DNA of 64,000 nt from Lama glama (lineage: Eukaryota): the NCBI GenBank assembly GCA_028534125.1, contig CM052818.1, forward strand, positions 36,954,001-37,018,000, read 5' to 3'. Shown here piece after piece: positions 1 to 12,420 of this stretch; within the stretch, counting starts at the first letter, position 1; every line of letters starts with the position of its first letter. The notes under the pieces are model-generated. The model searched no databases. It was given only the letters and a program-made list of their open reading frames with translations, and was not told where the DNA came from. A program made the translations under genes and the position numbers.

Positions 1-11
1 GAAACCAGTCC

Positions 12-75
12 ACATAAAGCACTTAGAACAGTGTCTGGCCCGTAGAACAGTCTTACTAATCTTATCTATTCTTAC
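12..75 (+). mobile_element. MIR SINE 3' fragment
   Basis: 'taaagcacttagaacagtgtctggcccgtag' matches the MIR 3' end (aaagcgcttagaacagtgcctggcacatag). Confidence 0.75.
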
Positions 76-998
76 TGTTAATTAGAATAAATAATTGCCA
101 TCTGCCTGAGCTCGATTATGAGGAAAAGACTTTTTGCTTCAAAGCAATTTCCTTTTCTGATCTGTGGAGACTTGCAGGGATCCAGCTGGGACCCAGCTAT
201 AAGAGAAATCTCTTGTGTAGCCTGGCTTAAGGACAATCCAGGTGGGCACAGGGGCGGGGACTGCATAATCAGTCTCTGGGGTCCTGGCTGTCCACAGGCT
301 GGAGAGGCGCTGTGGCTGTGGGCATGGGAGAGGCATCCTCCCCATGCAAACATCTGATGGCCAGGCCGTGCCCGACCAAGGCACTGGCGGACAACTGGCC
401 GCAGTAGGGCAGGAGCTGGGCAGTGGCTGCTCAGGCTGTGTGGCAGCTTCCTTGGATTCTTCACCTTCCAGCAGGGAGTTAGCAGGTTCTTGGTCCTTGC
501 TAAGTTCATTCCAAAAATCAAAGGAGTAAAGCATCCTGCCTCCCCTGTAACAACCTTCATTCCTGCTTGGCTCAGCCGTTTCCCCACTTGTGAGACCATG
601 GAATGGCCATTTTTGCCTCAGTGGCTGAGCTGGGGTGGGAGGACATCACTTTGACTCTGCATCACGCCCCACTTTTACTCGCTACCATTTTTCTGTCGGG
701 ATGTGTCAGGCGCTCTGGGGGGATCTGTAGTGGTCCTCCCGGTATTATTGAGCTAGGAGATGCACTTGGGGAAGGCTTCGCTACCTCAACATTTTGGCTC
801 CATCTGTACAGGCTGGGGATTTGCTGAGGTCAGCAACGGTCAGATGATCAATAAAGCATTTCAGATAAAACTCCACTTTTGCCTCCAGCAAATTCCCAGC
901 GTTACTTTGCCTTTGTAAACAACATCTTAAGCAATGCTGATTGTAAATCATCTCCAATGCACCTTTACATCCCTCATGCCGTTTGTTCTCCCTAATAA

Positions 999-1018
999 TT
1001 TTTTTTTTTTTTTTTTTT
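999..1018. repeat. poly(T)20 tract
   Basis: Run of 20 T seen directly. Confidence 0.95.
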
Positions 1019-1044
1019 ACGGAAGGCAAAAAAGAGTGTTTGTG

Positions 1045-1125
1045 CCAATGAAGAAACTGAAGCCCAGAGAATTTGGGTGACTTGCCTGAGGTCACCGTGA
1101 GTTAGGTGGGCACAGATGGACTCCT
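1045..1125 (-). mobile_element. MIR core fragment
   Basis: 'atgaagaaactgaagcccagagaatttgggtgacttgcctgaggtcac' is the reverse complement of the MIR core. Confidence 0.75.
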
Positions 1126-1589
1126 AGGCTCTCAGCAATGGCCTGGGGCATTTGCCCCTGCCTGGCACAGTCTCCAGCCTCTCAGTTAACTCAAGCCTTT
1201 CTCCTGACCTGGCTCTGGGCCCCCTGTGTGGCTGATGAGTGCTAACCGGTGGGTGGGGTGCGGGCAGCCACAAGTTCTCAGACATTGTTGGAGCTGAAGG
1301 CTTACCTCACCTGCTGTCTGGGCAGGCTGGCGGGTGATCACATGTTCCTCTGGACCCAATTATTGGAGGAAAAAAGAATATTTCCTCTAAATTCCTTGAA
1401 CTCCCCTCTAAGCAGCCTATAGGCAGAGGTAAACTGAGGCTGGGTCTTGCCCCAGGAGGGAAAGATCCGAGTGCGTGTGGATGGTCCGATGCAGCATGAC
1501 CTGATGCTGACTGTGTGTGTCCAGAATTTCAGCTCTGCAGGCTTCTCATCAATCAGAGAGAAGCGCCTTCCAGCCTGTACTTAGTGCGG

Positions 1590-1597
1590 TGACGTCA
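1590..1597. promoter_or_regulatory. Full palindromic CRE motif (TGACGTCA)
   Basis: Exact motif in unique-looking sequence; function untested. Confidence 0.25.
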
Positions 1598-2105
1598 GTG
1601 ACCTCCAGATGTGGTGATGGACGAGGGTGGCTGGAGGGCATTGCCTCATTTCTGGACAAAATGGCAGTGAGAAAGTGAACCACAGGGCACATCGCATCTT
1701 TAGAACAGGCCTGAAGGATGCAGGAGGCGGGGCTGGAGATCCCTTGGGATCCTTTCACCAAACCCTACAGACGTCTTGGGGGAGCCAGCGGGGTTCCTGC
1801 ATTAAGCAAGGATTTCTCTAAGGTGCTGGTGGGCGAAGGGATGTGTCCAGGGGTGGCAAGTACTGGGACCCACTGTCGTACTTGAAATGTCTCCATCCCT
1901 TACCCCAAGCTCTCAAGTCACCTTCTGCAGAAAACAGAGGGGAGTTGCTTAGCTGCATGCACACGTGCTGGAGCAGGTCCAAAGCGAGCACAGGGGCACA
2001 GTGCTGCGGACCTGCTGTGGGCGGGAGGGCAGGCGTGGATGGCAGGCAGTGAGCTGCATCTCAACTGACCTGTTCTAGGGTTAAAGGTCTGCTCTGATGT
2101 CACTC

Positions 2106-2282
2106 AGGGTTCATGTGCTGCAGCCAGCTCCTGGGATCACAAGAGCCAATTGTTAACTTTTCAGGAATTTGCTGCATTGACTGATGTCTTTCTGAGAGTT
2201 TCCAGTTGGCCATGGTGGGGATATTTACACCAGGAAAACCGGCAGTGCTCCACCCAGCTATGAAACACTTACCAGCCCATCC
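2106..2282 (+). mobile_element. MER63A-like hAT-Blackjack non-autonomous DNA transposon
   Basis: 'gagccaattgttaacttttcaggaattt', 'ggccatggtggggatatttacaccaggaaa' and 'aaacacttaccagc' follow the recalled MER63A consensus in order. Confidence 0.7.
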
Positions 2283-2869
2283 CCATGCAGGGTTCTCCCG
2301 AAGGAACTTAGTGAAATGCTGATATGCTCAGACTGTGCTGTGACTTACACATTTCCTATCAGTGGCAACCTCTCTCCTGCTTCGGCGTGACCTAGGTCCC
2401 CTCTTTGCTCTGCTCTGACAGGTGTGCAGCAAGCTGCCATGGGGCACCCTGCAGGGTAGGAATTCTCTGTCCCCCTCAGCAAGGGGAGAGGCTGGTCTGC
2501 CTTTAGGTGACGGCTGCGATTCCTCTTCTTGCTGCTTGTCAGACACACATGCCGAGCCGCTCTGACCTCCAGCTCCTCTTGTTCTTTCCTCCATCCTGGC
2601 CCTGAAGCTGATCACTGCCATCTGCTCAATCCTCCTCCTTGCTCTTGGGGTGGACCCTCTGCTGGGCCAGCATATGCTGCCCAGGAGCCCACTGGGCTGT
2701 GTCAGGAACCAGCATTTGTTGCATTTGGGGATCTCCTTTTCGTTTAACTTTCAGGGCTCAGCTGATCCAAGGGATGACCCCTAATTTCACACCATCCTCT
2801 TTAGCCAGCCTTCCACCTGGGTGCTGACTGCATGCCAGGACCTGCGATGCACACCTTGTCATTCCAGGT

Positions 2870-3030
2870 GCTTTTCACAAGGGCCCTACGAAGCAGGCAT
2901 GGCTGTGAACTCCAGGCCGCTGATGAGGAAGGGTGGCCAGCTGTGCCCCCGTCACGCAGCTAGTAAATGGCAAGACACAAATCCAAAAGCAGGTCTGTTT
3001 CGTTTTAAAGCCCAGGCTCATAACAACTCT
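2870..3030 (-). mobile_element. Degraded MIR
   Basis: 'gtcacgcagctagtaaatggcaagacacaaatccaaaagcaggtctg' resembles the antisense MIR core and head. Confidence 0.6.
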
Positions 3031-3223
3031 ATTTCAGTGTCTCTCCATCGCAGGGACAGGCAGGGAGACGCCATGACTGCCAGGAGTGAGGCACCTGCAG
3101 GGCTTGGAAGCCTGCAGTAACCGGTGCAGTGGTAGCGGTGGCCAGAGGTTTCAGAGCTCGTTCCCTGCGTTTGGGATGGGCATCGAGTGGGAAAAGTACT
3201 TTCTCTCTCTATTGCTTTCTTTT

Positions 3224-3674
3224 TGTATTAGTTTGCTAGGACTACAATCTGGGGGGCTTAAACAACAGAAATGTATTATCTCACAGTTCTGGAGGCTGGA
3301 AGTCCAAGATCGAGGAGTCAGCGCAGTTGGGCTCTTGTAGGGACACAAGGCAGAATCTGTTCCAGGCTACCGTTCTGGCCTCTGGTGGTTTGCTGGCCAT
3401 CTTCGGTCTTCCTTGGCTTGTGAAAGTGTCACCCAGACCCTGCCCTCATCTTCACATAGCATCCTCCTTGTGTACACTTGTTGGTGTCCAGCTCTCTCTT
3501 TTTCACAAGGACACCAGTCAGATTGGATTGGGGCCCACCCTAGTACCTCATCGTAACCAATTATAACTTCAGTGACCCTGTTTCCAAATAAGATCACGTT
3601 TTGCGGCAGTGAGGTACTGGGTGTTAGGACTTCAACCTGGGAATTTTGTGGGGAACATAATTCAACTCACAACA
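3224..3674 (-). mobile_element. MaLR solo LTR (MLT1C-like)
   Basis: Begins 'tgtattagtttgctagg', contains 'gcttaaacaacagaaatgtattatctcacagttctggaggctggaagtccaagatc', ends 'ataattcaactcacaaca'. Confidence 0.9.
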
Positions 3675-4619
3675 ATCGTGTTCATATTAGCTCTCAACCT
3701 GAAAAAAACTGTTAAAGGAAAATCTTTGTTCTTTCCCTTTCTTGTCATAAGGCATTTTCTGCACTGCAACTTCTGATTGAGATGAAGTAGACATGAGCTT
3801 GCTCTTCTAAACTGATCCCTGTCTCCTCACCGTCACTTACGGAAACTCCCTGGGTCGCCTGGGTCCGCCTTCCTCGGCTCCCTATAAGCTTCTCTGGGAC
3901 CCGTCCCCCGGATGAGGTGAAGCCACAGGCAGGGCTGGTGCCTTTTCCCCCCAGTGATCTGAGCTGCTTCTCTCCCAGACTGGAGTTTCCTTCTCTAGTG
4001 GGCTTTATTTGATTTGAAAGTCCTGAATATTCTGTGCTCTGCGGGTAGAACCCCCAGCATGGATGAAATGCTTTGACTAGTTCTGGTCAAACTAGTACTG
4101 CTGCTGCTTGGGCTGTGAGGAGCTTCACCCTAAGTAAGGTGCCCCCCCCATGCAATAAAAGCTCTTCAGAGACTCAGGTGGGACATGGCTGCTGAGAGCA
4201 AGGAAGACGGGCTTTGTTTGTGAAGAGACGCCGCCTCTTCTCACCATGGATGGGCTACAGGAGAGGTGGGAGCGGGGGCGGAAACAGGGCGGGTGCTTCG
4301 CCCTCGGTGCTGCTTCTCTTGAGTGTGACTTCGCAGTCTCCTCTCTCAGGGGCACAGCCTCGAGGCCCTGGAGGATTCTGTCCAGAGTGCTCCCTGCCCA
4401 GCGGCAGAGGCTGCTCCTTCCATCGTGCATGAAAGCCTTAGGGACCACTTGGTCATTCCCCAAACTCAATCTGAGGCCCAAATATTTCTCCTGAACTCCC
4501 AGACCAGACATTTCCATTTGATCTCAACACTTACTCACCCATTTCTTCATTCCACCAAGGACAAGACTGGCTGAAAAGGGGGTTGAGTCGGGGAGGGGAG
4601 AGTGCACTGGTCACAGAGA

Positions 4620-5295
4620 CAGAAGGCCGGAGGGTCAAAGGCGACTGAGAACAGGGCCTATGCCTAACATGAACGAAGGTGGCTCTGGTTGGAGGGGAGG
4701 GTGACGGGGGGTGAGTGCTAGAGAACAGGTGGACACCACATCAGGAAAGTTCATACTCACGAGATTTATCTTGAGGGCATTGAATGGTCTTAAGTATGAG
4801 AGTGTGAAAATTAATAAACAGAAACCTCAATTAAAATAGAGTCAGGAGGCCAGAACGGGGAGCTCTCCTGCCCTGCGAGGCTAGCAGTGCCCAACAGGAG
4901 GAAGAAAGCCTTCCTCTTCTTACCTGGCAAGAGCCCAGCCAGTGAGAGGCTATTACAAGGCAGCCAATGAAAAGCTCCTGTACTTTGAACTCTCAGTTGC
5001 TCCAGTGGACTCTGTTCAGTGCTGGCCTCCCAACTTCGTTTCCCCTCCATAAAGGAGTTCTCTTCTCCTTGTTGACTTGAGACTCGTACACAGCTCACCA
5101 TGGTTGCAGCCCCCAAATTGCAATTCTTTGCCGATCCTGAGTAAACCCATTTTTGCTGGAGAAATAACTGGCAGCCTATTTGTTTAAGGTCAACAAGTGT
5201 GACATGAAAGATTACTCTGGAAGTACATGAAGAATGATTCGGATAGAGGTGAGATTAGAGTCAAAAGACAACTTAAGGGGCCATTACAATAATGC
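4620..5295 (-). mobile_element. L2 LINE fragment split by an ERV1 LTR
   Basis: Rejoined flanks read 'gagagtgtgacatgaaagattactctgg...gagattagag...ccattacaataat', resembling the antisense L2 3' region. Confidence 0.55.
4805..5195 (+). mobile_element. ERV1-class solo LTR with 4-bp TSD
   Basis: TG...CA termini (tgaaaatt...ggtcaaca), flanked by AGTG at 4801-4804 and 5196-5199; internal CCAAT, TATA-like 'cataaag' and AGTAAA poly(A)-like signal. Confidence 0.85.
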
Positions 5296-6232
5296 AAATA
5301 TTCACTCCCTCACCCTCTGACGAGTTCCTAAGTGTTCTCCCTGGGTCTGTGGGGAGTAGGTGGAGTGAGCGAGGGGTGCGGTGCCTTCGTGACTCCTGCT
5401 CACAGCTGGTGGAGGCAGCTCTCCCTCCCCTTCACTGGGACGCAGCAGCTACTAGGCTGGAGTGCTCCAGGCTGAGCCCTGTGCTTTTTTTTCCCTCATT
5501 CTAAAAAAAAAAATGCTGGGAGAGCAGGAGGCTGTCAGCTGTGTTTCCTGCTTCAAAGGAGAGCTTTGTTTGAAGAAGTTTCAGAGTGCAAAAGTCAGAT
5601 GGAATACAATGGAGACACAAAATGAAATTGCTCTTTACAAGAAATACAGGTGCAATAAAATGGAGATACACTTGTTTTAACACTGCAAATGTCCTGAGGA
5701 TTTCTACAGGCTACTGAGCAGGTTGAGCAAAAGTCCAGTTGGGAAAGGAAAGGGGGAAGGCTGGTCAGAGGCTGGTGGGAAGGAGGGTGTGTGCACGTGG
5801 GTTGAAAGCATGGATTGGGCAGACTTGATGCAACTGCTCTGAGCACCAGTTAAAACCCAGCGTGGGACAGAGGCTACACTGTAGTGAGAACCATGGTCTC
5901 TTCCCTGCCCAGCTCTCATCCCACTGGCAGTTCTGTCCTCTGTACCCCTGTGTTTGGCATTGCCTCCATGCAGAGAGGACGAGCCTCTCCCCAGTGACCA
6001 GTGCGTTGGCAGACACCCCACCTGCGCCTGGATCAGAGACCGTGGGAGAGAAGGGTGAGACGCAGAACGCTCCACAAACTACATCTGCAAAATGGGAGGC
6101 TCTCTTCCTGAAACGAGACTCTAATACTGGTCTAGGGTACTTTCTATGGGTGAGTACTTGGTACTTAGTATACTGAGTCAGTCATCAGCCAACAGCTGTT
6201 TTTTAAGTGCCTGCTGTAGTTCTGTACTGTTG

Positions 6233-6430
6233 TAGGGGCAAAACTTGCAATCAGACTGACAGTTTGTGGATCTAAATTGTTTTGTTTGACTTGACCAGTG
6301 CTAGCTGTTTCATTCATTCATTCATTCATTCAATGTCTGAATGCCTTTAGATGGAGCAAGTACTTGCCAGTTAATTATAGCTGTCTTACACCCAGTTGTT
6401 GTTTTGCTTGCAATTCAGGCCAAGAGACCC
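6233..6430 (+). mobile_element. Degraded MER102-like hAT-Charlie element containing a (TTCA)n microsatellite
   Basis: 'gaatgcctttagatggagcaagtacttgccagtt...tgtcttacaccca' resembles MER102; (TTCA)n at ~6309-6332. Confidence 0.45.
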
Positions 6431-6909
6431 CCACACATGAAAGAATTGTGTCCCTTCCATTCAAGGTATGAATCAAGGTTTTGGGCAAAGAGAGTCTGAG
6501 GCAGCCGGTACCTGAGAGAGCCATGGGGAGCAGGAGGAGGCTTTGAGGCAGCAGGCGTGCTCTCTGAAGTCAACATGGTTAAAGTGCTATTGAACATTTT
6601 TTGTGCTTAACACAACTTCTATTTGCAAGAGATTTGGACTTTGGTCCCCAGATAAGTTGGAGTTTAGAGGAAACAAGTGATTGGAATGACTAAAGAGGAG
6701 ACTTTCAAAATGTGTTTCTAACATTGGGTCCAAACTGAGATGAGACTGGGGTGGAGCCCAGTTTCTCAGTCTGGACGCTTTCTTCTAAGCTGACTTCATC
6801 CTTCCTCTGATTCATTCTCGGCATCACCCTACAACGAGGCTAGACTGAAGCCAGAGGTGGGAGTAGTTAACTGGGTCTTACCCATCCTGCTCGTGAGTAT
6901 TCATGTCCT

Positions 6910-7615
6910 TTTATTCATCTAGTCATTCATTCAATTGATTATTGAGCACCTAATACGTGCCAGGCACTGTCCTAGACGCTGGGGTACAGCAGTAAGCGAC
7001 ACAGACACAAATCCTTGCATTCATGGTATTACATTCTGGTGTGTGTGGGGGTGGGAAGGGGAAACAGAACAGACAATAATATAAATGAGTAAATTACATG
7101 ATATGTGAGGAGATAAAATGCTATGGGGAGCGGGATAGGACAGCCATTGGGGCAGATGGGTGACATCTGATGCAGGACCTGAAAGAAGTAAGGGACAGTA
7201 AGGTGGCAATCAGGGAGAAAACATTCCAGATAGAAGGACTGCTCAGTGCAAAGGCCCTGAGGCAGAAACAGGCCTGCTGTGTCGGAGGAACAGGAAATAG
7301 GCCAGTGGGATGGAGACTGGACAGGACAGCAATGGAAGTGGAACACACTGCACCTTGTAGGTGATTGTGGGGACTGTGGCATTCACTCTGATGAGGACAG
7401 GAGCCATTGCAGGGTTTTACGTAGAATTATGGTCTCTGGTTACCTTTTATTAGAATCATTCTGATAGACTGTAGGGGGCAAGGGTGAAGCAGAGGTTCAC
7501 TTTGGAGGCTACTGCAATGGGCCAGGTAAGAGGTGATCACGGCTTGGACCATAGGGGTGCAGTGGCCATGGTGAGATATGGCTGGATTATGGATAATCTG
7601 AAGGCAGAGTGACCA
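6910..7615 (-). mobile_element. L2 LINE 3' fragment (~700 bp)
   Basis: 'cattcattcaattgatttattgagcacctaatacgtgccaggcactgtcctag' is the antisense L2 terminus, followed by continuous L2 3' body. Confidence 0.9.
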
Positions 7616-7649
7616 TTTATCTCCTGGTCACTGTGGTCTCACTGAGGTA

Positions 7650-7815
7650 ACAGGTAGCCCACTCTGTGTCAAGCACTGTCCTAAGTGCTTCACGTAGTAT
7701 CATCTCATTTAATCCTCTGGCATCCTGTTGAGTATGTGGTTTTCCCCATTTTATGGGAATAAATTGAAGCCTGAAGATATGATGAACTGGCCCATGACCC
7801 ACATAAAGGGCAGAG
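7650..7815 (-). mobile_element. MIR
   Basis: 'agcactgtcctaagtgcttcacgtagtatcatctcatttaatcctc...ccccattttatggga'. Confidence 0.85.
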
Positions 7816-8884
7816 GTGTGTGTCCCATTGGCACTCAACTCCCACCTTCCCCCAAATTGAAGAAGGAGTGTGGTAACTTCTGGTTCCAGTGGACCCTTCC
7901 GGTGGAATCTTCCAGTGGAAGATGTTGGTGCTCTGCCTGAATGAGATCAGCTCTGACTCAGCTGGGAGTGTCCTAAACATGGAGCCTTTATGGAGCCCTG
8001 GAGGTCTCTCTGTGTGTTCGCATGTCAGGTGATTCTGCAGATCGGGGGGCGGGGGCTCCCCTGGGGCTTCCTTCACTCCCTGCCTGTCCCAGGCAGGGCC
8101 GCCCTCTGCAGCTGTGCCTTGAGCAGCCTTCTCTTCCCTGTGGCAGTTTTAGCTGGCCCTTGGACTTAACTCTTTAACCAAAGCCTGGATCAAGTAAAAC
8201 CAAATTCTCCCCTTTTCTAAAATGTGAGCTAAACGCAAAGGGAGTAGAAGGCTAATTTAGACCTAAATCTAAACTCGCACACATAGCAGGAAGTTGAATG
8301 GATTTCCCTGTTGACCCAGAATTGGTGATTGGGGCTGAAACTATGTCCAAAGAGATGCTGAGTTCTTTACATGCTGAGGAGAACCAGCAACATTTAGACT
8401 ACACACTAGTCCTGTTGCCATCAGCTCTGCCCTAAACCCCTCCCCAGTTTGTATATGAGAAGGGACGAAGTGGGAGAAGACTCTGACCGAGGTCATTATC
8501 ACCCAGGGTTCTCTATGAGAAGTGATTCCCTCGTCTCTCACCCCAGCCTCGCAAGTCAAGAGAAGTGGGGGTTCTTACAACAAGGAAGTGCAGCTCATGT
8601 TCTAACTCCAGATGACATGTCTCCTTAGATTGCCAACCTTCTGATCTGGCCCTATACGTGGAAGAATAGGAGGAGAGAGAACTGGGGAGACAGGGCAGCA
8701 TGGACACGGCGGTGAACAGGGGAGAGCCTGTACGCCTGTGTTTCGGTGTTTCGGGGGCATGAGTTCTCCATGGGTCTAGCAGGCAGTGTGGACAGGGCTG
8801 GGCTTGCAGTATCCTGCCTGTCGCGCCTGTTGCCTGATGGGTGGTGGACGCCCGCAGCAGGGACTGGGATGTGTGTTGGCACAG

Positions 8885-9241
8885 TGTCTTAGTCCGTGAG
8901 TAGTATTATTACCAGGGCAACACAAACTGGGCAGCTTGAACAAGAAACATTTATTTCTCACAGTTCTGGAGGCTGGGACATCTAAGATCAAGTTCCTGGC
9001 AGGTTAGGCATCTGAGGAAGACCCATCGATGCTGGCTTCTTGCTGTGCTCTCACGTGATGGGAGGGGTGAAGGTGGTGTTGGGGGAGGGCCCCGTTGTAA
9101 GGTACTAATCCCATTCACAAGAGCGTCATTCTCATGACCCAGTCACCTCCCAAAGGGCCCACCTAACACCTTCACATTAGGGGTTAGGATTTCGGCATAT
9201 GAACTTGAGGGGGAGACAAAGGCATTCTTCGGTCCATAGCA
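8885..9241 (-). mobile_element. MaLR solo LTR (MLT1A-like)
   Basis: 'tgtcttagtcc'...'acatttatttctcacagttctggaggctggga'...'ggtccatagca'; flanks CACAG/CACAA form a 4/5 match TSD. Confidence 0.9.
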
Positions 9242-10479
9242 CACAATACGAGATAAGAGCTGGACTTGGACTTCTCATCTGAATGACGTGTGCAGGGGAC
9301 GGGGTGGCTCCGAAGAAGTCTACCTGTGCCCTGGAGAGAGCTGGGACCACCAGCAGAGTTAAGCAGTGATGCTTGCATCCTTGTTCTCCTCTCTTCCCAG
9401 CCCATCAGCAGAGTAGCTAGGCCTTGAAGGGTTGGGAGGACCAGGGGGCCACAGTCCCCCACTGCAAGCTGTCAAGGTCACTGTCAGCCTTGCTGAGGAG
9501 AGGAGCAGCGGACATTTAGTTTGACGTGGAAGTTGTAAACGTACATGACTTTTAATGACCAAAAGTGATCAGAAGGTCATGAAATTTGAGGAAAGTGTTG
9601 TTAAGGGCTGGGAATGGGAGATTGGATGAGGTTTGATCACAGGCAGTGAATGGAGAACACTCATATTTATATCTCATCATGTTAAAATCACTCAGTAAAT
9701 GCACCTACTTTAAGGTGTTATCAAAACAGAACTAATACCAGAAAAACATCAACTATTCAAATCCACCCCTGCAATGACCTAGATGGCCCTGCCCGGATTC
9801 CTTCACCTGCCTGGGCTCTGTGGAACCCTTGGTGTTCCTCTGGCCAAAGTGTAGAATTGAATGTCATCCAAGTCACAGCAACAAGCGGAGAAGCTCTTTA
9901 AAAACATTTAGTGAGCACCAATTGATTACATTAATAATTAAAGTGTGCACAACAAGGAGGAAAGCAAGAGAAGTTTCTCCTCAAGCATCTTGCAACTGGG
10001 AAAACCCCAAAGAGGCAGCAGGCAGCCACCATCTGACATAAGCCTCATCCATGCTGAGAATGTTCTGGGCCAACTCTTTCCGATTGTGAATTTTATGGAC
10101 TATTTGGAACAATAACAGCCACTGGGACTGCCTGAACTTTTCATCATCAGGAGCCAGGGAGCCTCCCCAACAACTGGGAACCAGCTAATCAGGGCATCCT
10201 TTTGTGTAAAACCTTCTCGTAAAAGGTTTTTATAAAAGGTTGAGGACTTCTTTTATATAAATGGGAAATCCATCCATAATTCCCCCAATTCCTTCTTCCC
10301 TAAAAGAATATCTGGCTTCTGTTTGGCATATCTTGTGTTTTGGCCACAGATATGTATTTTCACCCAGCTGTAATCATAGTGCCGATGGAACTTTGGTCTC
10401 TTCTTTAACTGTAAGCGTAGACTTCCAACTACTCCTCTTCGTAGCTAGAGGATGTCTTATCGTCAGTGCCAGGGCACAC

Positions 10480-10625
10480 TGAGCTGTTTCTGTGCTTACT
10501 CGTATTCTTAAGACCACAGATGCGACTGCAGTGAACATCTTCCTACATGTATAGAGCTTTGTCCTCTTGAATCGTGTTCTGAAGATATCATCCCAGAGGT
10601 GGGATTTCAGCATCAGATTGGATGG
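10480..10625 (-). mobile_element. Old L1M ORF2 3' fragment
   Basis: 'ctgcagtgaacatcttcctacatgta...cccagaggtgggatt' resembles the antisense L1 ORF2 end. Confidence 0.55.
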
Positions 10626-11149
10626 GAGTCATTGCCCACGGTGATGTTTCCCTGTGCGTGGTCCTTACTTACACACTGTACACCATGTAACAGGGGTGTT
10701 CCCTGGAGAGATGAGTGGGTGGTCCCGTAAGGACACCTCCCCAGCAGAGCCACACTGCACAGGAGAAGGAAATGCTTGAATATTTGCGGGCAGCCTGTTG
10801 ACAGGATAAAGAGCTTTGAAGGGACTGAGTTGACTTGTCATGTCTTACATAGGGCATTTATTCATCTCTCCTACCTACCTACCCAAGGTCCTTATGGTTA
10901 AACCTTTAAAAGCCTACTTACTGTTTGTCACTATAAACCTGAATGGTCCCCAGGTTAGGTGGAGCCCAAGTCATTTATTCACCTTAAATCTAGCTCCAGA
11001 AGTGATCCCCGTGCCTAGACCCGTGTTCCTTGGTCTCATGGGAGAGGGAAAAGGTGGAGAACACGTAACTGTTGCTTAGATGAAGCTTCCGTCCCTCCTC
11101 TGGACATTCTCTGAGTGCTGCCCTGTTGTCATCATCACCATCCTCAGCC

Positions 11150-11290
11150 GCACGTGAACACTGACTCTGCACCAAGCACTGTCTACACCTCACCGTCTCA
11201 TTTCACCTTCACGTCACCTGTAAGGTAGGTTATGTGACTGTCCCTGTTTATAGAGACAGAAACCTTGGCATAGAGGGCACATAGCTAAGA
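11150..11290 (-). mobile_element. MIR
   Basis: 'ccaagcactgtctacacc...tctcatttcaccttcac...cctgtaaggtagg...gaaaccttggc'. Confidence 0.7.
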
Positions 11291-11867
11291 AGCGGTTGTA
11301 TTGGGCCATGAAGGTGGAAAGTTGACTAGAACAGTCTCTGGCACTAAGGGGCTCACTGTGTGTGTGTGTGTGTGATATAATGACAATGGATAAGACAGAC
11401 TTTGTAGTGGCACTGAGAGCTCACAAGGGTCCACCTGCCCCATGCTTGGTGCTGGTGGGGTAGTCAAAGAATGGTTTCCAGGGTAGGAGATGATAGTTAA
11501 ATATTTAAGGAAGACTAGGAGTTAGATAGAAGATTACTCTGTGGTTAAAGAAGAGATAAAACTATAATATGACTCATTATGGTCGGGGGCAAAATGTGCG
11601 CCCCAGGCACTGGGTGAGAGTTATCAGCTAGAAGGGATAAAATGATTGCTGAGACAGTAGAGAATATGGTAGGAGCCATTTCTGACCTGGGGGAAGGATG
11701 AGAGGGGAAGAGGAATGCTGGGTCTGTCTTTCCCATGACGGCTGAGCTGGGGTGTTCAGCAAAGGGTCAGGCTGCCAGAACATTCCAGCTGTCAGGATAG
11801 GTGTGGTGATATCTCTTGTCTCCTTCAGTAGACACTCATTTCTTGTTCATTGATGATCAAAGTTATG

Positions 11868-12420
11868 CTGTATTTCTTGATCCTAAGACACCACTGATGT
11901 TTTGGACTAAATGGTGTACCTCTAAAATTCATACACTGAAGCCATAACCCCACAGTGTGACTGTCTCTGGAGATGGGACCTTTAAAGAGGTAACAAGGGT
12001 TAAATGGGGTCATGAGGGTGGACCCTAACCCAACATGACTGGTGCCCATGTAAGAGGAGGAAGAGTCAGCAACGATGTGAGGGAGCAAGAGAGAAGGCCA
12101 GGTGAGCATGCAGTGAGAAGATGCCGCCTGCAAGCCAGGGAGAGAGGATCCAGGAGAAACCAGACTCACCCACACCTTGATCTTGGACTTCCAGCTTTCT
12201 GGACTGTGAGCAAATACATTTCTGTTGCTTAAGCCACTGTGACTGAGGTGTTTTATTCTGGCAGCCACACACATGAATCCAACTAACTTAAGACACACCA
12301 TCAATTTAATAGCACTTTTTGGGGGGAGAAAAGAAACACTTCATTACATGCCTATATCAATTGCAAGTGTGCATCCAAATTTCAAAGATGTTAAAACATG
12401 AGAAATTGTGCATAATTCCC
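11868..12420. mobile_element. MER104-like TcMar-Tc2 element split by an MLT1 LTR
   Basis: Left piece 'ctgtatttcttgatcctaagacaccactgat'; right piece 'taagacacacc...caattgcaagtgtgcatccaaatttcaaagatgttaaaacatgagaaattgtgc'. Confidence 0.7.
11898..12286 (+). mobile_element. MaLR solo LTR (MLT1A/B-like)
   Basis: 'tgttttggactaaatggtgtacctctaaaattcatac'...'caccttgatcttggacttccagctttctggactgtgagcaaatacatttctgttgcttaagcc'. Confidence 0.9.
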
